DNA of 64,000 nt, from positions 13,392,001 to 13,456,000 of the forward strand of contig JBHGNT010000013.1 of the NCBI GenBank assembly GCA_043228905.1, read 5' to 3'. Both the position numbers and the translations under genes were made by a program. A model generated the notes under the pieces. The model was not told the origin of the DNA and did not search any database. It worked only from the letters and a program-made list of their open reading frames with translations. This document shows positions 13,601 to 23,100 of the stretch, in pieces. Each line of letters opens with the position of its first letter. Positions within the stretch are counted from its first letter, which is position 1. Origin of the DNA: Azolla caroliniana (taxonomy: Eukaryota; Plantae; Polypodiophyta).

Positions 13601-14062
13601 GACCTGGATTCCGCTTAAATAGAGATAGAAGCCGAAGATCGGCTCACGCGCATGTTGGAAAAAAGCCCAATTACGACAAGGCTTAGTGGACCACAAGAGC
13701 CCCCGAGCGATCAAAGCACATCTCGGCCGAGTTCGAAGCTGGACAAAGGCAAGGCAAAAATGCCAGAGTATGAAGACGATCACTTCGACGACAACGAATC
13801 AACTCACTCCCTTGAGATCCGGAGAAATGGAGCGGAGAAAGCCGTATTCGCAAACAAGAAGCTCCGCTGATCCACCCATGAAAAGAACCCCGTAAGCCGA
13901 TTCGGCTACAACAATTATATGGCGTACCATTACGCCTTTATAATGAAGGTAGCGACAGTATGGGAGCTGGAAACGTTTTCCGAAGCCGCGACGGACCCCG
14001 GATGGGTTGAAGCGATGAATGAGGAGATACAAGCACTCTCCAAGAACGAGACATGGGATCTT
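10668..14062 (+). mobile_element. Degenerate, 3'-truncated Ty1/copia retrotransposon
   Basis: 5' LTR about 10668-11115 (TGTTGAGA...TTTACA); PBS TGGTATCAGAGC at 11116; frameshifted gag, protease (FVDSGASNHM), GAG-pre-integrase (LWHKQIGH), rve (IHSDVWGPA..FIDDFSRHTW), SH3 (KLDPRSEKCILIGY); breaks off at the RT start (ALSKNETWDL). Confidence 0.92.
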
Positions 14063-14229
14063 AGACATATCATTTATCATATAACAAACAAGACATAGAT
14101 AATAAAAAGGGGATTTGTTTTTTTACCCAAAAAAACACTACTTCACATTAGTTAGCAAACGAAGTACATCAAAGTTCAACCATATTAGGAAGAACTCACA
14201 CTTCTCCACACAAAACTAATCATAATCCT

Positions 14230-14301
14230 TGTCAAGAATAGTACTGAGATAGAGGAGAAATTAGTACTAAGAGGAATAGAGGCGGTAGAACACTCGAGAC
14301 A

Positions 14302-14344
<43 letters not shown>

Positions 14345-16849
14345 AGGGAGAGAAAATGATGATGACAACGATATATTGTGTGAGAAGAATATACAAGGAA
14401 GGCCAGGAGGCTTAAGACTGGCGTTGAACCGATTTGGTTCGAAATAATGCCTTGTGCCTCCTTTTGTAGGAGTAGTCCTGAAGTTTCTAGAATGTTCAAG
14501 AGAAATCTGGAATATACATTAATTTTATATAGTAAAACTTAAATAAAAATAATATCTTATATATTACAATAGATAGTGTAATGGTCAAGAGTTTGACCCA
14601 TGTAACATAAGGTCATGGGTTCGAGTCTTGCCATATCATGACACTATCCCCCCTTTAAAATGACGAGTGTAACGAGTCGTTTTGGATTGAGGACCCGGTT
14701 TATCTGGATATTGATGATGGAAGTCTTCAAAAAGAGCACGAGCATTGGTCACATTCTCTATTGGTTCCCAAGTACGCTCGTTGGGACTATATCCTAGCCA
14801 ATCGATTAAATAGTAGAGCTTGTTGCGAACAATCTTGTAATCGAGGATGGCGGCAACCTCGTAATCAGGTCCATCTTCAAGTTCGATCGGGGGTGGAGGT
14901 TGTGGAATACGTCCTAGGATGGTGCTGTCTTGATAGGGTTCGAGGAGAGAACTATGAAACACCGGATGTATGCGAAGTTGTGGGGGTAGATCGAGACGAA
15001 AAGCGACATCATTAATCTTTCCGATAATACGGAAAGGATCTAATCGTCGATAATCCAACTTCTCACATGGGCGAGTAGTCTTGATGTGTCGTCGTAGTAG
15101 CCATACCCGATCTCCAATGTTAAAACTCTATGGAAACCGATGACGATCCACGTAAACCTTGTGTGTTTGTTGAGCTTGTTGTAGATGAGTAGATAAATCT
15201 GGTTGTATCTTACGTAACCGCTCCCAACGATCCTCTGCGCAAGAATTTGTGTGTAACTTTGGGGTTTCAAATACACACCACCGGGGGTGACAACCCGTAT
15301 AAGCATAAAATGACGTAACTTTAGTCAATAAGTGGATAGAGTTATTATAGGCAAATTCGGCGAAGTCGAGAATATCTGCCTAGTCATCCTGATGATAGCT
15401 TAGAAAGCACCGAAGATACTGCTCCAGCGTTTGATTTGTTCGTTCTGCTTGGCCATCGGTTTGCGGGTGGTAATCGGAGGAGAGGTTACAAGTGACCTTG
15501 AGCATTTTTAAAAGGTGCTTCTAGAATTTTGAGACGAACTGGGGTCCACGGTCACTGATGATATTATCAGGAAGGCCATGATGCCGACATACTTCACACA
15601 TGACAATTTCGGCGGTTTCTTCACTGGAGATTTCCTTAGTACATGGCAGGAAATGAGTCATCTTCGTATATCAATCTACTACTGTTAAAATCACATTGAA
15701 TCCCTTAGAGACTGGAAGATTTGTGATGAAATCTAGAGCAATGGATTGTCACAGCTTGCTTGGAATTGGTAATGGTTCTAATAAACCATATGGATGATGC
15801 CTTGGCATTTTTACTTTGCAACATGTATCACAAGTGCGAACAAAGTCTTCGACAAATTGTCGCATACAGGGCCACCATTATGATCGTTGTACTAAATCTA
15901 ATGTCTTAGTACTACCAAAATGCCCAGTTGTATATGTGTCATGATAGTTTTGGACTACTTGAAGGCGGCAAGAACCATTAGGAACATACAAGAGTGTCTT
16001 AAAGAATAGTAATCCATCGTGACATTCGAATTGTCGATAGTCTGTACCTGGTTGTTACGACTGTGAACAAGATGCGATAGAGGGATCAATTTGTTCTAGA
16101 ATGGCTTGGGCGAAAGCATCTGTCTTCAAGTCCTCACGTATGGTATCGATAACGTGGGAATCTAAGGGCATGCCGAAGACCTATGTTGCTTGCAGTCGTG
16201 CCGGTCCTAAGATTACTTACTTTTGGTTATCGAAATCTAGCTCGCCGAGAAGCGGAGCTAGATACGAATGCCGTGATAATGCATCTGCCTTCCCTTGGTG
16301 CTTCCTTGGACGATATGTAATTTTGAAGTCGAAACGCGTAAGGAATTGGGCCCACCAAGCTTGACGTCGATTTAACACACGAGCACTCTGAAAGTAGACA
16401 AGGTTTTTGTGATCACTGAATACGATGACTTTATGAGAGGATCCCTCCAGAAAATGCCTCCATTGCGTAAAAGAGTCCACTATTGCTAATAGCTCCTTAT
16501 CATGAATTTCATACTTGCATGAGTGGAAAGCCACAAGATGTAGCTTTTCATCATTACCTCGTTGTGATAGAATGCTACCCAATGCGAAATCCGACATGTT
16601 CGCTTCCATGATGAATGGTTTTTCTAGATCAACGTGAGCTAGAATAGGAGCCGATGTAAATGCCTTCTTAAGTTTCTCAAAAGCCATGTCTGCTTCTTCA
16701 GACCAAACGAATGATTGTCCCTTCTTAGTAAGTTGTGTGAGAGGCAGAACAAGCTTTGAGTAATCTTGTATAAACTTGCGGTAGAAATTGGCAAAGCCTA
16801 AAAAGCATTGCACATCTCGCAACGAATGCGGATACTGCCACTCTACCAC
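14230..16849 (-). mobile_element. Degenerate Ty3/gypsy chromovirus fragment with 3' LTR
   Basis: RT-connection/RNase H (FLGFANFYRKFI, YEIHDKELLAIV), integrase remnants, SH3 plus chromodomain (IHPVFHSSLLEPY, YEVAAILD..YLIDWLGY..TWEP); PPT GGGGGGATAG followed by LTR 14643-14230 (TGTCATGA...TCTTGACA). Confidence 0.92.
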
Positions 16850-16949
16850 CGTTGTCGTAGTGTATTTCGTACACTACGTGAAAAACTTATAAAGTACCGA
16901 TTTAATAAATATGAACAAATAGTAGAAAACATTAAAATATATATAACAT

Positions 16950-17015
16950 GCATAGGGCAAGATTCAAACCTTGCACCTCCATGTTAATAATGTAATGTCT
17001 TACTATTACACTAAC
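16950..17015 (-). other. tRNA-like A/B-box sequence (SINE head or degenerate tRNA)
   Basis: Minus strand reads TAGTGTAATAGTAAG...GGTTTGAATCTTGCC; no convincing full cloverleaf. Confidence 0.4.
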
Positions 17016-17734
17016 ATTTCATTCATGTTAAAAAATAGATGTTCTACATAGAAATGTTAGTTCACCTAGGATAAACTTTAGTTAAAAGAAAACGCATGCT
17101 AAAAGAAAAAGCTACACATGCACATCTAGCGTGCATGAACGCTATAGTTAATAATAATAATAATAAAACGCACAAGTTAGAAAAAGCATGATCACTTTAG
17201 ATAAAGCATACAGTCTATCTATAGATAAAGCATGGAGTCTATAGTTAGAAAAAAAAAGCATGGATTGTGAAGACTCTCTCATCACCATATAAGGATGGGG
17301 AGCACAATGTAATAGGGGTGTGAAAAATATTTGGGAAATTGGATATATTTCCTAAAACACCAATTAATATAATCGTGGGATTCACGAAGTTTTATATAAT
17401 CTATCTCTTTCAATCTAAATTCATATTCTTACATAAATATTGATTAATGTAATACTTGTAGGATTCACAAGGTTTGATCTAAACTATTTTAATTTATTAC
17501 TATGATTAAGACAAACTAAAACAACTCTACTTGTGGGATTCACAAGCTTCTAATAATCTATACATAATTAAAATCGCCTCAAATTTTTCCTCTTCCAAGT
17601 CCATAACCCCAGTGGTTCCCACCCAACTCACGCAAACGATCTGGCGCCGAAAGGCACGACACAAGTGGTGAACCCGACGTGAAGGCGGGTGGCAAGGAGA
17701 TGGAGAATCAACAAGAGGCGGGTGTCGTTATTGT

Positions 17735-18026
17735 TGTTGTAACTTTAACGTAGAGAGAGCGACAAAGAGAGAAGGAGAGAGATACAGAGTGATACTCTGT
17801 TGTAACCGCCGCATGGCAAAGAAACCGAGCTAGAGGTCGTTGCCACGAGTCTTTGATTGTACCCCTTCTCTTCATAGTGATAGTTCGGAGTCTGTGGTTT
17901 TTCCCATTTAGGGTTTTCCACATAAACATCCTGTGTACTCTCTTTTGTGTGTACGTGTATTCCCATTCCTGTGTTGCACTCTTATCGAAGTGATTCAAAG
18001 ACTCGGTTGTGGCCGAGCAGTATTCC
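17735..18026 (+). mobile_element. Partial copia LTR (R/U5) related to the LTRs of the intact element
   Basis: Shares ttcatagtgatagtt, gtggtttttcccatttagggttttccac and ctcggttgtggccgagca with 20121-20775; termini not resolved. Confidence 0.7.
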
Positions 18027-18427
18027 ATGCTATTCCTCTCAGCTCCACCATGCCGCTGAACTCCTGAATAACATCCCATTTCTAAACAAAATCAATTGTT
18101 GTAGTGTTTCTCTAGCAGTCTCAAGACCTGCTCTAGACAAGTGACATGTGGGATCTTTCTGAAGCATTCTTTGGCAACTGATAGATGTACAAACAACTCC
18201 ATTTCTACCATGCTCACCCTGAGTTGGGGACCAAAAAGTATTTCAATCCCTCTCACGAGGATTGCCAATACTCAAGATTCTGTTCGCACTCAAACGATGC
18301 TCTTGCAAGATCAAAATGTTCGGGATCCCCTTAAATCACGGGGATTTGACTCCTGACGAAAGTTCTTCCTTTCCATCATGTATTTGCTGCCACCAAGACC
18401 TTGTATGTTCCACATGATTAATTTCAT
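18027..18427 (-). mobile_element. LINE ORF2 endonuclease N-terminal fragment (pseudogenised)
   Basis: Minus strand reads MKLIMWNIQGLGG... then, after a frameshift, NILILQEHRL; these are APE-type endonuclease motifs. Confidence 0.7.
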
Positions 18428-18554
18428 GAAATCAAGTGTGAAGTCTCCTAAGAAGGACATTGTCCCTCCCCTTGAGTCCATGCCCAACCTCCCTCATTGA
18501 TCCTCTCCCATCCTAAGACCACATTCTGCCTTGTATCTTCTTCCAGTTCCTCCT

Positions 18555-19010
18555 TGTTAAGAATTAGGTAAATAATTACGCAAGGGTTAATAAGTACCTA
18601 AATATGTGATTAAGTTAAGCGCAAAAGATTATGTGATATGTGTGTGTGTGTGTGTGTGTGTATTGGAGAGAGAGAGAGAGAGGAAGGTAACACTTATGAA
18701 CAACACAAGATGGGGGATGATTAACTCTATATTAAATTAGCATTATCATCATCAAATACAAAAATACCTACAATGAGGTATATATAGATTTCATGTGCAA
18801 GGGTGCACATGTGTGAGGATAATATAGGTACAAAAGTGTAAGTCCTATATTAAATGTACTTAGGAGTGGAGGATCTACAATATCCCACTTAAGTACAAGG
18901 TCCTATTTAAGGCATTATAGTCAACACTTCTAACTAGATTCTATCTAGGTAACTACGAAGTTACATGGTTGACTAAATAACTAACTCTAGTTGAGCTTTA
19001 TCTCTCAACA
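18555..19010 (-). mobile_element. Solo LTR (456 bp) with 5-bp TSD CTCCT
   Basis: TG...CA termini (minus strand TGTTGAGAGA...TCTTAACA), CTCCT on both sides, termini resemble the LTR at 10668. Confidence 0.85.
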
Positions 19011-19200
19011 CTCCTCATGGAAGTGTAACATCTCATCGAGGAAGTCTACCCACTCCTCTAGGCATAGTTACAGTAGTTGCTTTCAAAACATGAACAAAAG
19101 GCAGAGTGATGTCGAGTAGGTTTAGGGTTGCAAAGAGTGCCCTGAACACACCAGATAGTTGACAAGGAGGTGTTTCCAAAGACTTCAACCGAGACAACGT

Positions 19201-19672
19201 TGTCGTGAAGAAAACCGTCCCTAGGCGGAAACCAAGTTTAGCGTGTGTAAACCGGCCCTTACACACGAGCACACTTTTCGTTGTATGGTAAGTAGGTAGG
19301 TACAAGTCGGCTGAGGTGAAATCCTAGGTAGCACGCATTCAATAGGGAGAGAATCGAGGTGTATCTCTGTCCGAAAGGACAGAGAATTAATGTGATGTAA
19401 CGGATGATAACGGCCTCCCTCCTTGGGCTATAAAAGAGAGGGAGAGGAATGGAAAAGGTATCGCACGTTAGAGAGGACGAAGTGCAGCCGGACTGGGACC
19501 GAGCCCTTCTCCTCTGCCACTCTCCATAGCCATTTTTGCGCAGGTTTTCGGGAGGCTGACTCTGCTCCGTGGAACGCCCGTGTGCTTCCGGTAGAGTCTC
19601 CATCTCGCTCTTCTGTGTGTGAGTGAACAGGCGGCGGTGTTCTCCTTGCCAGCCTGTTAGTTGTAACCGTCT

Positions 19673-19707
<35 letters not shown>

Positions 19708-19899
19708 CGTGTTCATATACTCGGACTTCTAGTCGTCTCATTTTGCTGTGTTGTTGGACTGTGATTCCTGTGTGCTCCCGTGTCTGTGCGTGTGAAGTGC
19801 GTCCGTTGCCTTTCCATTCTCCTCCTTCTCAGTTATTTCTCGGTCCAAGACCCCGGTGCTCCCGCCTCGTTCTCCACACACGCGCATAACAACGCGACA
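19201..19899 (+). mobile_element. Solo LTR (699 bp) with ACGT target duplication
   Basis: TGTCGTG...CGCGACA termini, internal CTATAAAA and (TA)n; interrupts a repeat unit whose sister copy is uninterrupted at this point (~25615). Confidence 0.7.
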
Positions 19900-20120
19900 A
19901 CGTCACATGCAGCAATGACGGGGTTTATGGTTGCAGAAAGTGCCCTGAACGCAGCAAAACGCTACCGAGTTTCCCTACTGCTCATGTGTCAGGTATGTCT
20001 CTTTGGTTAGAGTGTATGGTTAGTAATGGGGCTACACAAGGAATCTACCCTGTCCTCTAGGCATAATAGTAGTTGCTTTCAAAACATGAACAAAAAGCAC
20101 AACAATGTCGAGCAAGTTTA

Positions 20121-23100
20121 TGTTGGGATTTCGGTCCCTCCGGATGGGATGTCCGGAGATGAATGACGGCAAGCCCGGTTACGGTCACGGAACCGGATGA
20201 AGATACAGGCCCGGTGCGAGTGCTCACCGGATGTGAAGAGTACCCGGTATGAAGCCGGATGAAGAGTACCCGGATACGGATCCGGATGATGAAGACCCCG
20301 GCTACGGAGCCGGATGACGGAAGTACCCGGAGAGAGATCCGGATGCGGGGACATATTTGTGAATATGTTTTGCCAAGAGCCCCTGAGGCTATATTTGTAA
20401 ATAGCCCGAAAGTCATATGTGTATAAATATGACTTAGGGCAAACTGTGTTGTTGTTGCTCATTTTTTTTATGCGAAGAGAGAGCAGCCGAGAGTGAGAGA
20501 GAGAGAGAGACGAAGAGGTCGTTGCCTCTGTGTATTGCCGCCGCCTGTGGCGAAGACAGTGAGCCCAAGGTTGTTGCCTTGCAGCTTCACCAGTGTACAT
20601 CCTTGTTCATAGTGATAGTTGGAGTTTGAGGACTCCCGTGGTTTTTCCCATTTAGGGTTTTCCACGTAAAACATCTAGTGTACCTTTCTCTCTATTGTCT
20701 TCGTGCATTTTGTATTTCCTGTTTTCTGTGAGTTGATCATATTGCTCGGTTGTGGCCGAGCACTGGTCTCCAACAAAGTGGTATCAGAGCGACGGTAACA
20801 CAGAAAATGGAAGGCGGCAGCAGCGGGCAGCCGGGGATGATGGTGCTGAATGCGCAGAACTACGCCGACTGGAAGATAAAGATGGAGGATCTGCTCATTG
20901 TTCGGGACCTGTATGAACCGATCGACAGGTCGGAAATACCCAAGGGGGTACTTGAGACGGAGTGGAGGCTTCTGAACCGGAAAGCCGTTGCAACCATTCG
21001 GCAATACGTCGACGTGAGCGTTCTACAACACGTGGCGAACGACACCAACGCATATGAGATGTGGCGGAAGCTGTCGGGCCTCTACGAGAGGAAGAATGCG
21101 TTGAACCGGACCTCCCTGATGAGAAAGATAGTGAACCTCAAGTACCGGGACGGCGAGAGCATGGTGGAACACGTAAGCACATTCATGGGATTCGTGAACC
21201 AGCTTGCGGCGATCAAGTTCCCGTTGGAGGATGCAATGCAAGCCATCATCCTGATGTGTACATTGCCGGACAGCTGGGAGAACTTGGTGGTGACTCTCAG
21301 CACCTCCTGCACCGAAGATAACTTGTCCTTACAAACGGTAAAGACAAGTATTTTGAACGAAGAAGCGCGTCGGAGAGATAAAGAACCGGCCTCCGACTCG
21401 AAGGCGCTGCTTACCGAATCGGATCGGGGAAGACAATGGAACCGGAGTCCGCAAAGACGGGAGAAGTCGGGGACCCGGTCGCAGTCAAGAGGAAGGCCCA
21501 CATGCTTCCACTGTGGGAAGCCGGGGCACTTCCGGAAGAATTGTCGGCATTACCGAAAGGACAACGGAGCCGACGACACCGATTCGAAGAAGTCACCGGA
21601 GAGAAACGGTGCATACCGGGGAGCCACGGACCGGAGAGGTCCGGATCGGCGAGGGCAGGACCGGAAAGGAACGACGGCACTCGCGGCAAGTGAGGAAGAA
21701 ATCATGCTCATCACCGAAGAAGGTGAGCTAAACATTGCCGGCGATGAGACGACCTGGGTGGTCGATTCCGGAGCATCGTTCCACCTGACCCCGGAGAGAA
21801 GATACTTCTCATCCTACACAGCCGGTGAGCATGGCTGTGTTCGGATGGGAAATGAAGGTACGTGCCGGATTGCCGGCATAGGAGACGTGTGGGTGACAAC
21901 CTCGACCGGATGCAAAATGCTGCTGAAGGATGTCAGACACGTTCCGGAGGTTCGATTGAACCTGATTTCGGCCGGGAGGCTAGACGATGAAGGCTACACA
22001 GGTAGCATCCGGAACGGCGTAATGAAGTTCAGCAAGGGGAGCCTGATAGTGGCTCGGGCCCGGAAAGACAACACACTGTACCTGATGAATGCCCGGTTAT
22101 GTCCGGAAGAGTTGAATGTGGCAGCCGACACTGCCGGTGAGCTGTGGCACAAGAGACTGTGCCACATGAGTGAGAAGGGGATGAAGAGGCTTGCAGAAGA
22201 CAACCTTATTCCAGTGAAGCATGTGCACCTGGAGAAGTGCACCGACTGTCTGGCCGGTAAGCAAAACCGAACCTCCTTCCACTCAAGGCCACCGACGAGA
22301 CGTAGCGCACCATTGGAGCTGGTGCATACTGATGTGTGTCAGGTAGAAACGAAGTCACATGGCGGAGCCCAGTACTTCGTAACATTCATTGACGACCATA
22401 GCCGGAAGCTGTGGACGGCACCGTTAAAGACAAAGGACCAAGTATTGTCCATCTTCAAAGAACTTCACGCGAGAGTGGAAAGGGAATCCGGCAAGAAGCT
22501 GAAAGCGATACGAGCGGATAACGGAGGGGAATACCGGGGGCAGTTCCAGGAGTACTGTCGCTCGAAGGGAATCCGGCTTGAGTTTACTGTGCCGAAGACG
22601 CCGGAACTGAACGGGCTGGCCGAGAGGATGAACCGGACCATAATGGAGAGGGTCCGGAGTATGCTGGCGCATGCAAAATTACCCAAGGGGTTTTGGGCTG
22701 AGGCAATGTCGACGGCGACATACGTGATAAACAGATCACCCTCAGTACCTTTGGACGGAGACACGCCGCAGAAAGTGTGGACCGGTAAGGAAGTGTCCTA
22801 CCGGCATCTGAAGGTGTTCGGGTGTCTCGCATACGTGCATGTGGCAAAGGACCGGAGAGGAAAGCTAGATCCAAAGACCCGGCCATGCATATTCCTCGGT
22901 TACGGCAACGATGAGTTCGGCTACCGAGTATGGGACCCGGTCGACAAGAAGATATTCAGGAGTCGAGACATCATCTTCATGGAGGACAAGACACTCGCCG
23001 ACTGGGAGTCGGAGAAGAAGATGAAGAGCTCCAAGTCGACCGGTGAGGATCAACTCTACGAGGAGCAGTCCCGACCGGCAAGGGACCGGTTAACACTCGA

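Noticed and set aside
14570-14632. Functional tRNA gene
   Set aside because: A and B boxes are present but no convincing acceptor or anticodon stems, and it lies inside an LTR; kept only as a tRNA-like cassette
20057-20674. Antisense ORFs in the copia LTRs (119-185 aa, also at 24791-25444)
   Set aside because: By-products of the GC-rich CCGG repeat, duplicated only because the LTRs are, with no recognisable domain
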